Notes: generated by a model from the letters alone, not told the origin. A stretch of DNA of 64,000 nt from Octopus sinensis (GCF_006345805.1 NC_042997.1:8618001-8682000), one strand, 5' to 3'. Numbered from the stretch's first letter, positions 50,036 through 63,740 are shown. A program made the numbers and translations.

Positions 50036-50310
50036 TGCATGTGTGTACGTGTGTGTGCGTGTGTGTATGTGTGTGTGTGTGTCTGTGTATGTGTGTGTCT
50101 GTGTTTGTCCCCCACCACTGTTTGATAACTGGTGTTAATGAGTTTACAGTTTACATCTCCATAACTTAGTGGTTCAGCAAAAAAGATTGATAGAATAAGT
50201 ACCAGGCCTTAAAAAAACATAAGTCCTGGGGTTGATTTGTTCAACTAAAACTCTTTAAGATGGTGCTCCAGCATGACCGCAGTCAACTGACTGAAATAGA
50301 TGGAAGAGTA
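49840..50310 (+). mobile_element. SINE family A with expanded internal (TG)n
   Basis: Head and tail match. Confidence 0.88.
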
Positions 50311-50744
50311 AGTGAATAAAATAATTAGATATATGAAGTGATCTTGTAATCACTATTTTTTTTTTCATATTATTGGTAGTTGTGTTTCTGTTTGTGACTG
50401 TATAAATGCCTTCCAAGTTCTGAAAGGTGCTGTTCTTGTTGTTTAGCCCAAGGTCAGGCTTCCTGATTAAAAAGGCCTGTGATAGTTGGCATTCCATTTA
50501 TAACCATTTCATCTTATTTATATAGAACTACAAATACAGGGTAGTAGATTTGGTCTGTTATTTAATGCTGCCATCCGATCCTTGGGTGTTTTTAGCAAAG
50601 TCCACTATGTTGTAAGCCTCAAGTCTGGTTACAGCTTCTTTGCTTCATCTCATCAATTTAGGGGTCCTGAAAAAATAAATCATCCGCTCTGTTCTTCCTC
50701 CCTGGACTACATTACATGCAACAAAGAAACAAAATCTGCCCTTT

Positions 50745-50915
50745 ACTTTCTTATTTCTTATTGCCCACAAGTAGCTAAACATAGAGGGGACAAATAAGGA
50801 CAGACAAAGGGATTAAGTTGATGACATCAACCCCAGTGCGTAACTGGTACTTTATTTATTGACCCCCGAAAGGATGAAAGGCAAAGTCGACCTCGGTGGA
50901 ATTTGAACTCAGAAT
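50745..50915 (-). mobile_element. SINE family B, 5'-truncated
   Basis: gacccccgaaaggatgaaaggcaaagtcgacctcgg..tttgaactcagaa. Confidence 0.85.
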
Positions 50916-51319
50916 TTTGCCCAGCGAGATTATGGTTTGAAGCCAATTTGGCTGTAGTTTCTAAATACAGCCAACCGTCACTCACAAGCAAGCACGTTCT
51001 GGTAACATATACCATGCTTTTGCTAATTGTTCTAGATGTCTCTGTAGTTGTGAACAGACATTGATACATTGCTGGTCCTTTAATTACTAACCAAATGGAA
51101 TATCCTGAATGCAACAGCTGGAAGGAAAAAGCAGTGTACAGGGAATTAACTGGTACTCATTATAGCTGAGTAGACTGGGGCAAAGTAAAATGAAGGACAC
51201 AATATGCTATCTAGTCTAGGAATAGAACCAATGACCTTGTGATCAAGAGCCAGACACTCTAATCACTAGGCCATATACTTCCTATTTCTTGCAGGTCAAA
51301 CACCCACATAAAGGCATCT

Positions 51320-51726
51320 CTTTTCTCTCTTTTACTTGTTTCAGTCATTTGACTGCGGCCATGTTGGAGCACCGCCTTTAGTCGAGCAGATCGACCCCGG
51401 GACTTATTCTTTGTAAGCCCAGTACTTATTCTATCGGTCTCTTTTGCCGAACCGCTAAGTGACGGGGACATAAACACACCAGCTTGCTAGGGGGACAAAC
51501 ACAGACACACAAATATATACACACACATACATATATATATATATACATATATATATACATATATACGTCAGGCTTCTTTCAGTTTCCGTCTACCAAATCC
51601 ACTCACAAGGCATTGGTCGGCCCGGGGCTATAGCAGAAGACACTTGCCCAAGATGCCACGCAGTGGGACTGAACCCGGAACCATGTGGTTGGTAAGCAAG
51701 CTACTTTCCACACAGCCACTCCTGCA
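51320..51726 (-). mobile_element. SINE family A, young copy
   Basis: Shares ccccgggccgaccaatgcc and ccccctagc with the 10451 and 47810 copies. Confidence 0.92.
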
Positions 51727-52271
51727 TCCGTAGTTCCTTCAAAGTCTTGAGAGAAATTAAAAGCAAAAGCAAATTCTCTTTACACAGCATTAAGCAAATA
51801 TAGGGTAACTATTTTCTTGGATAGGATGCTAGACCATATTTTCTTGTTATCTCCTTCTTACTTCCCAGCATTAGATAAATTGATGGAATTTAGTATAAAG
51901 TAATCAAGCCTGAAACACTATCCAGTTAGTTACTGCAGTATATAACAATTTTGATCTATGATTGGTCATCTAATACTGTATCCACTCAGCTACTTGGCCT
52001 CTCCAGTGTCACTGGATATAGTAATAGGGAATTGAAAGTAGTCATTGAATAGCTTTTTCTATTAATTAACCATCCTGTTAAGATCGATATCACAAAACCA
52101 GCCAATGGATGATTATACTGAAATGATCATGCTCTGATGCATGATGTAATGTGACTTCTTGAGAATTAAATCTTCAAGTTTCCAATATCTCATTGGACCT
52201 GCTTTCTATATCTTATTACTTATAATACAGTGTACTTTACTTTTCCATTTCTCATCTTTCTTGGTATTCAC

Positions 52272-52272
52272 C

Positions 52273-52303
<31 letters not shown>

Positions 52304-52304
52304 C

Positions 52305-52372
<68 letters not shown>

Positions 52373-52380
52373 TTATCTAC
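52272..52380. repeat. (CT)n(CTAT)n microsatellite
   Basis: Direct reading. Confidence 0.95.
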
Positions 52381-52683
52381 CATCCTTCCTTCCTTCTGAT
52401 TTTCTGATATTATGTTTGGTTCTAGTTTTACAAACTTGCTCATTACACCTGACATCAGTTTGATGTATTCATTGCACCAGGCATGGTAAAGATTTCTGCC
52501 ATCGAACCATCGAACCATTCATCCATCCACCCATCCATCCAGCCATCCTTTCATACTATGTTTATTTCCATCTGCGACTTGTTACCCTATTGAACTCCTT
52601 TCGTTTTCAACTATTTCTATTCTTACCAAAAGCAAACACCAAAATCTCAACATTCAAAGCACTGCATCAACCAAAGCAACTGG

Positions 52684-52797
<114 letters not shown>

Positions 52798-53215
52798 TAC
52801 TCACACATGCATGCACCGTTATTGTACATGTCCTTTACTTCTGATTAATTAAATGGGCATTCCGCAAGTTATGGTGTCACATTTAAATGCATAACCCCCA
52901 CTGAGTAAGAGAATGAATAATAGGACCTGAATTAATAATAGGACCCTAGAATCCCATTGTTAATGCTTTTATCATAAACTAACACAGCACAGTAATCAAA
53001 CACAAGATATTGAGCTAAAAGATGCACTCATCAAGTTTACAATAATATAACCACTTAGAGTAGCAAGCACCATGCTCCCCTGTGATACTTCTTAATATTT
53101 AGATCATCTGGGCTGTTGAGAGCTAACTGCTACACCATGAGATACAATTCAATACCAGTGACAAAAATACAAACTGCTACAAACTCAGCTATTCTTTTAT
53201 TCTTTAATTCTTTTA

Positions 53216-53352
53216 AAGGGAGTAAGCTGGCAGAAACATTAGCATGCTGAGCAAGATGCTTAGCAGTACTTCGTCTGTCTTTACATTTTGTGTTCAAATT
53301 CGATTGGTCCCCTCCCCCAAAATTTCGGGCCTTGTGCCTAGAGTAGAAAAAA
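53216..53352 (+). mobile_element. SINE B with internal deletion
   Basis: agctggcagaaacattagca..gttcaaatt joined to cccctcccccaaaatttcgggccttgtgcctagagtaga. Confidence 0.75.
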
Positions 53353-53371
53353 AAACTCTTTAATTTTTTAA

Positions 53372-53742
53372 AGTTGTTTCAGTCATTACACTGCGGCCAT
53401 GCTGGGGCACTGCTTTCAAGAATTTTTTAGTTGAATGAAATGACCCCAATACTCTTTATATTTTTAAGCCTGGTACTTATGCTATCAGTCCTTTTCTGCT
53501 GAGCTGCCAAGTTACACAGACATAAACACACCAGCAGTGGTTGTCAAGTGGCAGAACAAACACACACACACATATATGCAACGTGCTTCTTTCAGTTTCT
53601 GCCTACTAAATCCACTCACAAGGCTTTGGCTCATCCAAGGCTATAGTAGAAGACACTTGCCCAAGGTGTCACACAGTGAGACTGAACCTGAAAAATTTGG
53701 TTGTGTAGCAAGCTTCTTACCAATCACTTTTGTGCCTGCCTA
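53372..53742 (-). mobile_element. SINE family A (diverged)
   Basis: Reverse-complement match. Confidence 0.82.
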
Positions 53743-54554
53743 TATAAAGCGTTTTCTATGATTATCTAATGATAAATAAAATACCTCAAAATTATAAATG
53801 CATTTCACTGTAAAAGTTTTCTAAACTTATTTTATTCATTTTACAATAATTCTTTTTTTATGTTCACATTGAAATGATATATTTAGAATTTGGTTATTTG
53901 CATAGCAATTGATTTTCAAAGATTAAAAATTTTTTTCCATTCTGATTTCCAATTTTATTTTAGAATCTGATGTAAATCCTCATGTGAACCTTAAATGTGA
54001 TGACTGGGTCATTACCAAAGATTTTGTTTTAATTTTTACATTATGCTTTAGTAGTTTGTTAACCCATACCTCCCAGGTATTACTTGTCATTTAAAATCAC
54101 AGACACAAGCAAAATGAACTATTTCAGACATTTGGTCTTCTCATTTTGTCATAGACTTGACATCACACTACAGTGTTCACGCTTTCAGCTAGATATCTCA
54201 TTTTTGAAATTAAATGGAAGTAACATTTAATTTCTGCTTAGTTGGTTGACACAAGGAGGAGAGTGCAATGTTGTTAACAAATGTTCAACTTAGTACTGCA
54301 TTATACAAAGTTCAGCACATTCATTTCACTATAACAGTAATGATAATAGAAAATACAAAGATGTTTTATATACATATTCACAAATTCACACTATATACTG
54401 TATGTAAAAATATATATATATGTGTGGTGGGGGGGGGGGCATATGTATGTGTGTGTATATATGTGTGTGGGGGGGATTGTGAGTGTAGATATATAGATAT
54501 ATAAATTCATACATATCAATAAAGTGGCTAAGGGTGCTAGACAACACCTGTATT

Positions 54555-54789
54555 TATTTCTTTATTGCCCACAGGGGGGCTAAACATAGGGGAGACAAAC
54601 AAGGACAGATTAAGGATTAAGTCGATTACATCGACCCCAGTGTGTAATTGGTACTTATTTAATCGACCTCAAAATGATGAATGGCAAAGTCAACCTTGGC
54701 AGAATTTGAACTCAGAAAGTAACAGCAGACAAAATACTGCTAAGCATTTCATCCGGCATGCTAATGATTCTGCCAGCTCACCACCCTTA
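54555..54789 (-). mobile_element. SINE family B
   Basis: TSD caacacctgtatt at 54542 and 54792. Confidence 0.88.
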
Positions 54790-55111
54790 ATCAACACCTG
54801 TATTGCTAGAAATAAGAGTCAGTTTATAAGACTACCATAGAAATTGCATGCTAATTCCATAAATGGTAAAAGTAAAATTACAAATAAAGGTGGCTTATTC
54901 ACAAATTTACAACTGAAAGGCAGAAATATAGATGTCACCAAAGTGACCAAGGGCAATAGTCAGCACAGTATTGCTAGAAATAAGAGTCAAAGAACTCATA
55001 GCCACAGAAAGAACTTATCTTATGACTGCCAAGGGAGGTAAGCTCCCTACATCTGGGACTGACAAGGTAAGCCAGCTTAACCTTAGGCCAGGTAAGAGGC
55101 AGTGACAAGCA

Positions 55112-55810
55112 TTAATCAAATACAACTTCGAATTTGATAACTGCTAGTGGAGTGTTAAGAGTACCATACAAGCGTGATTGTTGCCAGGACAACAAACTGG
55201 CCTCTGTGCCGGTGGCACGTAAAAAGCACTATTCAAGTGTTATCGTTACCTGTGTCGCCTTACTGGGACTTTAGCTAGTGGCACGTGAAAAAACATTCAA
55301 GCAAGGTCGTTGCCAGTGCTGTTGGACTGGTTCCTGTGCAGGCAGGAATGTTAGCACACTGGGCAAAATGCTTAGTGGTATTTCATCTGCCCCTACATCC
55401 TGAGTTCAAATTCCGCCGAGGTCGACTTTGCCTTTCATCCTTTCGAGGTCGATTAAATAAGTACCAGTTATGCACTGGGGTCGATATAATCGACTTAATC
55501 CGTTTGTCTATTTATGTTTGTCCACTCTGCGTTTAGCCCCTTGTGGGTAGTAAAGAAATAGGTATATAAAAATCACCATTTGAGCTTGGTAGTCGCCAGT
55601 ACCACCTGACTGGCCAACGTGCCAGTGGCACGTAAAAGTGCCCACTACACTCTCGAAATGGTTGGCATGAGGAAGGGCACCCAGCTGTAAAAACTCTGTC
55701 AGATCAGATTGGAATCTGGTGCAGCCATCTGATTCACCAAACATCAGTCAAATCGTCCAACCCATGCTAGCATGGAAAGCAGTCGTTAAACGATGATGAT
55801 GATGATGACT
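55112..55810 (+). mobile_element. RTE 3'UTR with (GAT)n tail, nested
   Basis: gtggcacgtaaaaagcac subrepeats; ccaacccatgctagcatggaaagc..gttaaacgatgatg. Confidence 0.85.
55343..55562 (+). mobile_element. SINE B nested in the RTE 3'UTR
   Basis: ctgagttcaaattccgccgaggtcgactttgcctttcatcc. Confidence 0.88.
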
Positions 55811-56010
55811 AGTGATCTGACTATACCCCAGCTGTAGCAAGCTTACCTCCCTTGTCAGTCATAAGATAAGTACTTTCTGTAGCTATGAGTTCTTTTGACT
55901 CTTATTTCTAGCAATGCTGGTGCTGACTAATGCCCTTAGTCACTTTAGTGACGTCTGTATTTGTGTCTTTCGGTTGTAAATTATGAATAAGCCACCCTTA
56001 CCATTTATAC

Positions 56011-56071
<61 letters not shown>

Positions 56072-56231
56072 TATATATATTCACACATATGTACACACAC
56101 ACATACACACACACGTATATGTGTGTGTGTGTGTGTATGTGTATATATGTCTATATATATATATATATTTATATGCATGTATGTATGTATGTGTGTTTGT
56201 ATGTGTATGTGTGTACGTATGTATGTATGTA

Positions 56232-56433
56232 TTTTTGTGTCTGTGTTTGTTCTCCCCCATCATTTGACAACTGGTGTGTTTGGTGTGTTTGCATCCCCAT
56301 AACTTAGCAGTTCGGCAAAAGACACCAATTAAATAAGTACTAAGCTTACAACGAACAAGTCCTGGGTTGATTTGTTCAACTAAAGGTGGTGCTCCATTAT
56401 GGCCACAGTCAAATGACTGAAACATGTAAAAGA
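56232..56433 (+). mobile_element. SINE A 3' half after a long microsatellite
   Basis: ttgtgtctgtgtttgt..aaggtggtgctcca..aatgactgaaaca. Confidence 0.82.
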
Positions 56434-57448
56434 ATATATATATATGTGTGTGTGAATAAACATATATATACTCACACATATATATGCATACATATATATA
56501 CATATATACACATACACATATATATATGTATGTATAAACATATATATATACACACACACATATATATGCATACATATATATATATTTGGCAGACAATCTA
56601 ATAATTAATATTATTGTTAAATTAGCATGTCAAAGAGCGAGAAGTTTAAAACAGACTTTTCTTTTGTTTTTTGTTTTAGTTTTCTTTTTTCTCATCATTT
56701 CCAATGCGGCTCATCATTATATACAATTTTATTACATTTTCGTTAATTTTAGATGAATTTTATCTGTCTTCTACAACTCATTAGCTCTGAAGATAAATTA
56801 AAACAAATCATTAGAACTGAATCATTAAAAGTAATTTCTTAAACAAGCATAATAATGGTTGATACTTTCATCCAGTGATCAACAACTATCGCATACCAAT
56901 CAATACAGTTTGCAGTCTCACTTGACCTCAGAATGTATTACAAATAATATGACAAGTATTACGCATGCTGTCATAATATTACTATTTATGTAAAAATAGA
57001 TATTTAGATACTTGACAATATATTTCCATTTAATGTTTTATTCAAATTTATTTCTGAATTGATATTTAGATATGAGGTCAGATAAAGTGAAAACCATATA
57101 GTTTATGTATAAAATCCTAAATACAACCAGCCAAATCATTATGCAAATACTTTAAACCTCATATTGGGTTAATTTTCATAAAACAGCAAGAGGCACGAAG
57201 GGAGTCCATTATCTCAAACGACACTACACAGAATGGAAATAAAACTGGACACAAAGTTGATGGAAAGCCAAGTTGTTGATAGAAGTCTTTGAAGATAATA
57301 AGAATGTAATATTGATTGTTTTACATCTACACAGAATTATAGCATTATAAAAGGAAGAAATTGAGATTATGCTACATTCATGCCTATCTCAAGAGCATTA
57401 AGAATATTTGTCTTCGTTACTTTTGAGTTTCATCAGCTCTGCAACAAA

Positions 57449-57537
57449 TTAATTTACTATGACAGTTTCGTTTATGATTGAGTAGTTTCTCTTTGTATCA
57501 TCAGCACCTTCAATTTTCTTTTTAACTTTTATTTCTT
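57449..57537 (-). CDS. Candidate terminal exon (phase 1)
   Basis: ttctaaat..ttttcacAG|aa-EIKVKKKIEGADDTKRNYSIINETVIVN*; no homology recognised. Confidence 0.2.
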
Positions 57538-58129
57538 CTGTGAAAACTGATAGATATTTAGAACATTTGTGGCTAGATTGGGAAAAACAACTGAATTACT
57601 AAACAACTTTATATTCCTTGAAAGAAAAATAAGAAATTTTAGTAGAAACTTCATTCAGTCTAATATACAACTTTAGAAAGGAAGCAAGGTTGAAACATGG
57701 AAGAGATATCAATTATAACAATGATTCTATTGGGTTGTCACATATATTCATTTGGTTTTTTGGTTTTTTCAGTTAATATTAATCCTTTCCAGTGTTGTTT
57801 GAATTAACTAGAAAAATGTTTTATGGTAGAGTTTTATGGAGTTTTGTAGATGTATTCTTCCTCTACAGATTTTGTTTATGACTTTTGAAATTTGAATAAA
57901 TTTTACATCTTTTCAGAGATATGATGATGGAGTGGCAAGTAGACAAAGAATTAGGAAAAACAAAAGAATTTATTTGACAACCTAAAATGTCAAGCAAAAT
58001 AAGAGTGATAAAAGCCACAGTACTTCAGTATTTTGGTGCACAGTGCTTCAATTGGACAATTAAAAGTATCAAATAAGACAATTGACAAATCAGCATTAAT
58101 TTTTTAAGATGCTTTAGTTTAATAAAAGG

Positions 58130-58665
58130 ACAATTTAAATATGGGCTTAAAAAGTTAAAGGAGAGTAAATTTTACTGGACAGGATTTCAAAGCATGGAAT
58201 TTCATATCTTTGATATACAACAAAAAGAGCAGAATACTTAAGGGTGGTGTGAAGAGGCAAAATTGAGGCCAAAAGAAGATAAAAGCAATACATTTAATAT
58301 AAAGTATGACCCAACCAATTGTGTTCAAAACACTTTACTCTTTCTGATAGAAGGCCTCTGCTCTCATTTACTTCAGACAGTTGTACAGAAAGTCTTAAAA
58401 GCTTAGAAGGTATATATTGTCTAATTTCCAGTAGCAATGCATTCATGTTTCTCTTTGTAGAATCAATAAACAATTTCCAATCATCTGATCTGCATAAAAT
58501 TAAAACTTGTTCAATTAAGCCTCACATATTTCCACAGTAGCTTAGTGAGTTTCCCTTATTTAAAATTATATAAACTCTTTCTTTCTATGATAATACCATA
58601 CAAAAATTATTTCTCTTGCATACAATTTTTTCCTTCATTAATGATCCTAAAGATCTAAGCAAGAA
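58130..58665 (-). mobile_element. Decayed DDE transposase, Chapaev3 (CMC)-like
   Basis: Minus strand LGSLMKEK..WYYHRKKEF..SYCGNM*GLIEQ..DDWKLFIDSTKRNMNALLL..LPLH..CFEILSSK; resembles the EWRLFIDSSKRSLKAVLL / LPPLHIKLG motif set; family name recalled, not searched. Confidence 0.6.
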
Positions 58666-58747
58666 ATATTTGATAAAAATATAAAGTTCATATATTGTTA
58701 GGATAACGGCCACATTATATATGCTTTATATTAACTGTAATCTATGT

Positions 58748-59097
58748 GAAGTTGCATGGCTCAGTGGTTTGAGCGTCGAGCTTATGATTGTGAGCTTGTG
58801 AGTTTGATTCCAAGACCGAGCTGCGTGTGGTGTTCTTGAGCAAGACACTTTATTTCCCGTTGCTCCTGTTAACTCAGCTGTAGAAATGAGTGGCAACATC
58901 ACTGGTGTCAAGCTGTTTCGGCCTTTGCCTTTCCCTTGGATAACATCAGTGGTGTGGAGAAGGGAGGCTGGTATGCATGGGCGACTGTTGGCCTTCCATA
59001 AACAACCTTGCCTGGACTTGTACCTCGGAGGGTAACTTTTTAGGTGCAATCCTATGGTCATTCATGACTGAAGGGGGTCTCCCCTCATTCTCCCAAT
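58748..59097 (+). mobile_element. SINE family F
   Basis: tRNA-like head tggctcagtggtt..gagtttgattcc; 12-bp TSD tgtaatctatgt at 58736 and 59098. Confidence 0.88.
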
Positions 59098-60877
59098 TGT
59101 AATCTATGTAGATATCTTTCTATCTATTTAAATATTTTACTATAATTAATCATAAAACCAAAAAAGTATAAATCCACAAAAATAGTTTACTTATCAGTAT
59201 AAAACTTTAGATTGAAAAGAGAACTCAGATGTAGTTGTATGATTGATTGAATACAGCAGTTAAAGCTATTTCAAAAACGTTGCCATTCTTCAAATTGGAA
59301 TGTTTTAAGATTTTAAATCTCAAACAAAAGCTTTTACAACAGCTTTTTCTACATGTTATTCTACTCTGAAAGTTTTCTAGCAAAGGTTATTAGCAGAAAT
59401 ATTACAGCAGCAGTCTAAATGCTGTAAAGAATTTAGTTTGAAACTTATTGTTCAAATCTGAGTGGAGTCAATTTGTGCTCAATTCTTAGACTAAGATACT
59501 TCACTTCACATTGCTCAAGTCAACTTAATTGAAAAACGACTATCAGCCATAGCTCAGAAGGCTGTAAACTGGAGATGCTATTAGAATCAATGTTAGTATA
59601 CTGCTACCTTAAGATCAACCCTGACCTTGTGCCTATGTCAAACGAAATTAATATTTGTATTAGTCAGAAAATGTCTCAAATCCTATCTCTACTATTCTAT
59701 ATTTAAATTCAAAAGACTCATCCTCAAGAATCCTTTGTGCTATGATTCTAAAAGTTTGGCGTACTTTTCTCTAATATAGACTAATGGAAAGTTTGGATAT
59801 TTTTATAAGAATTCATGGAGCACATAATAATGGTTCTGCTTGATATCTTGTTTAGAAGAAACTAACCAGTCATCCGAGAAGTAAGAGCAGCACTTATTGT
59901 TCAGACAAATGCAATAATGTACTTTCCATACAGCCACAATATGATGGTTATAACTGCCATTGAATTTAGTATTCTAGCATCTTAACCTCAAAGCTACTTT
60001 TGCTTCTGTAGGCACTACAGTATAATCTTCTTTATGTCAATGTCTTGTTTTATATAGTTAGATCATACGTATAGAAAAACAATTCACTTCAGAAGAAGAA
60101 TTATTATTAGTTTCTTAATTTTATAGTGTAGATTCAATGGATAAACTAATTTAAGTTCAGCTATCAGATCTAAACAGACTTTAGATATCTCTCTCTTCAA
60201 AGGAAACTACATTAACAACATAAACAAACGTTTTCTTCAATGAGAGAGTTTCAAACAACCCTACCACATTGATATTAGTATTAATTACTTTACTACGAAA
60301 TGAACTTGCAGCTAGCCACTGTTAGGCGTCTTCATAGGCCAAGATTAAAATGTTATGTCCTCATTTCTAAATATACTTCAGATTCTTCAAACTTTAAATT
60401 TAACTATAATTTTATCTCTAACTCAAGCAAAAAAAAAAAAAAGAAATGTCTTCATATATCTGTGTGCATGTGTGTGTATCTGATTGTGTAGTAAATACAC
60501 ACACACATATGGAAAAGAAACAAAGAAATTTTACTGTGGCATGTTGAGAATATTTAATGATAAGAATAATCCTTTCTTTATTAACAAGGTTTATACATAC
60601 AATACAAAATGTGGATATATTTATAAGTACACATATTTGTGTGTGTGTGTGTAAACAAAACAAAACATGAGAGTTTGTTTATAAAATATTTAGTTTCACC
60701 ATCTTCCAAGCATTTCATTAACAAAGACTGATTATTAGTTATATAAAACAAATTATATAATCAAATTTCATTTCCAAATTTTCAGAGATACATAACTTTC
60801 ATTTGAAGTTTTAATGGATTAATAACAGTGTTCTAAAATTCCATTCAACTTGAACTTTGCAATGAATTTGACTCTTC

Positions 60878-60999
60878 TTAACACCAAATTATTCTGCGAA
60901 CGTCGTTTTGGAGTTTTCCAATTTCAGAATACTGTGTTTTCATGTCGCTCATCTTGTTACACACCCCTCTCATCATGCTTGTATCACTCACGTTTCTTA
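60878..60999 (-). CDS. Candidate terminal coding exon of an unidentified gene
   Basis: Long polypyrimidine acceptor (ctttctattttcttgt..tttacAG); phase-1 frame RNVSDTSMMRGVCNKMSDMKTQYSEIGKLQNDVRRIIWC*; CpG-retaining; AATAAA on the minus strand at 60577-60582. Confidence 0.4.
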
Positions 61000-61117
61000 C
61001 TGTAAAAAAAAAAACAAGAAAATAGAAAGATGTAGTCATGATGCCCCTTTGGGTTTTGTATAATTGTACCCCAGTGTCACTTTGATGGCATGCACTCCTC
61101 TCTCACTCAGTAATAAT

Positions 61118-61338
61118 TTATTTCTTTATTGCTCACAAGGGGCTAAACATAGAGGAGACAAACAAGGACAGACAAAGGGATTAAGTCGATTACATCGATC
61201 CCAGTGTGTAACTGGTACTTATTTAATCGACCCCGAAAGGATGAAAGGCAAAGTCGACCTTGCTGGAATTTGAACTCAGAACGTAGTGGCAGACGAAATA
61301 CTGCTAAGCATTTCGCCCGCATGCTAACGATTCTGCAA
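61118..61338 (-). mobile_element. SINE family B
   Basis: Reverse-complement match, CpG-rich. Confidence 0.9.
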
Positions 61339-62689
61339 TAGTAATATTAATTTGTTGTTGCTATTGTTTCTAAAATAGGTAAAAAAAAACAAATTTATGT
61401 CCTTCTGCCTATGTTAGAAGCATTTATGTTAGTCAATAGTTAGTCAGTTATATCAACCTTGATGCTTATTGGAACCTTATTTTATTGTTTCTGGAAGGAT
61501 GAAATGCAAAGTTGATCTCAACAGGATTTGAACTCAGAACTTGAAGAATATTTTGTTATGATGTTCTAGGAGTCCCACCAATCCACAACCTAACACTAAT
61601 GACAATTATAAGATACTAACAGTGAAGATTTTTAACTTCACTGCATGCTCAAAAATTTGTAGATGGTGAAGTTAATTTAATTGACTTCACTTCATATCTT
61701 GTACTAATTTCATAAGTAAGAATATAACAATAACAGCAACAATAATATTGATAATAATTATAATGTCAATGCTTTTTTCTTATTTATCACAAAGGCATTA
61801 AAGGTAGTAGATTATACAATCACAATAATGAAATAATATTTCCACACTGGGATAAAAGAATAACAACTGACACTGCTTCTTCACAGCTCTGAAAAATATC
61901 CATTAATATCCATTAAAATATTAGCAAAGGAAACCAAAATCATTTGATGAAATGTTTTATAGACATAAATGTAAGTAATGAAATAATTTAATTTTACATT
62001 GTCTAATATAAGTTATATATTTCTAGCATTGATACAAGTTACTCAACTAAGAACTAAATGTAAGGACACTGACAGTGCACAAATTTAATCAACCTCAGAC
62101 AAATTCAATGCAGAAATAAAACATAACATAGAAAACAAAATTTAGCCTTTGTAGCATTCAGCTTATAGTTAAAAAGGAAGTGAGTGTTTTAAATTTCATG
62201 CATATGAAGTATGCAAAAATTTAGTTTCTCGGAAAAAGTGAACCTATATCTGAAAGAAATACTGACGATTTAAATAAAGAGCCAGGTTACTTGCAAAGTA
62301 AAAAGAAGAAAAGTTTTAAACAGTCTTGAGACGAACACATGTTTTATAATGCTTTTCTACCAAAATAGAAGTACAAATATAATATAATATAATATAAATT
62401 TATGATATCTCATATTTAGAATTAATTTTGTCTCAGTGGAGTAATTCAAGAAATGTTGAGACAATATATTATCAAGTGAAATAGATATTGGATATATTTA
62501 TTACATAAATACATCAACAAGAGAAAAAGCTATAAAACACATTGATATATGAATATCTTTGGTTATTGAGGGTAGGTGGTTGACTTAATTTGTTATCTGG
62601 TTAATTGACACAATATGGTGCTTAGTTACCTAAAATGAAATGCTTCTAACTTAGAAGCATTCAGATCAGGTCTCTTATGATCTTGATAT

Positions 62690-63000
62690 CACCGTGATCA
62701 CCGTGACCGACCAGGCTATCAGATGTTGCTACACATCGCTGGTCACAATGCACTTCACATTGTTTTAGCCTTCAAATGATGCCACCCCACTGGCTAATCG
62801 AGCAGGCCAACAGAAGAAAGAGTGAGAGAAAGTTGTGGCTAAAGAGTACAACAGGGATCGCCACCACCCCTTGCCAGAGCCTCATGGAGCTTGAGGTGTT
62901 TTCGCTCAATAAACACTCACAATGCCCGGTCTGGGAATTGAAACCGTGATCCTACAACCACGAGTCCGCTGCCCTAACTACTGGGCCATTGTGCCTCCAC
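62690..63000 (-). mobile_element. SINE family D (tail type 2)
   Basis: Same head as 48689; 13-bp TSD atgatcttgatat at 62677 and 63001. Confidence 0.9.
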
Positions 63001-63740
63001 ATGATCTTGATATGATGCTTGTCATTGCAGAAAGTCATGACATCAGGTTTCTTCCTCATATTCTACCTCCAATATAGGTCTGGCAATAACACCATGAACA
63101 TTGCCCTTCCTCTTCTGACTAATCAATGAAAATCATATTGAAACAATTTTGGCAATAATAAATAAAAGAACTGATGTAAATACTACTAAATACAAAGTAT
63201 TTCAAAACTGCAAAGTCACAAACTTCAGGTGGTAACAAACAGTATTCACAATCATTCGACACAATATCCAAATGGCTCTTCAGGGAACAAAATAAAATTA
63301 TCTTAATACTCAATAGTGAAGAAATACTAACCCCCAGCACCTCAGTTTTAACAATGTACAAAACCCTATCAACAAAATATCCTCTGATGAAGAAAAACCT
63401 TCTGTTTTGCAAGGGTTCATTATATGAATCCATAAAATAGTTATTGATCAACGAGTCTATAACTGAAAACTGAAGGAGAAAGGGGAAAAATGTTGACACA
63501 GCATTTATTGATTGTGAGAAAGTTTCTGAGTGTTCTCCTTGTAGGTATCCTAAAAATATTAGCCATGTGTATTTTATCAACAATAACAGAACAGTTGAAA
63601 ATGTCAGAAAAAGCAGAAATTTTTTCAGACCTTAGGTAACTACTTGTGATTTTGAGGTTTTGGAATTTATTGTCTTTTAGTGTGTAAAACACAGATCAAA
63701 TGACGGAAAAAAACTCTGATCAAGCAATAAATGACTTTAC

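Larger units (their letters stand above)
54860..56007. mobile_element. Long-TIR (~175 bp) foldback/MITE-like element hosting nested insertions
   Basis: 54885-55058 is the reverse complement of 55826-56000; outer taaatggtaa/ttaccattta. Confidence 0.8.

Noticed and set aside
50560-50670. Minus-strand acceptor atttattttttcAG
   Set aside because: Stops within 7 codons in all frames; cannot be supported as coding.
57425-57510. Two CTGATGA motifs on the minus strand
   Set aside because: No stem II, GAAA and NUH arrangement with stem I pairing.
62639-62661. Palindrome aatgcttctaa-c-ttagaagcatt
   Set aside because: Isolated, short and AT-rich; no functional context.
63119-63583. 154-aa minus-strand ORF as a standalone gene
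   Set aside because: Non-ATG start, F/I/S-biased composition of a T-rich strand and no domain; kept only as a weak alternative exon.
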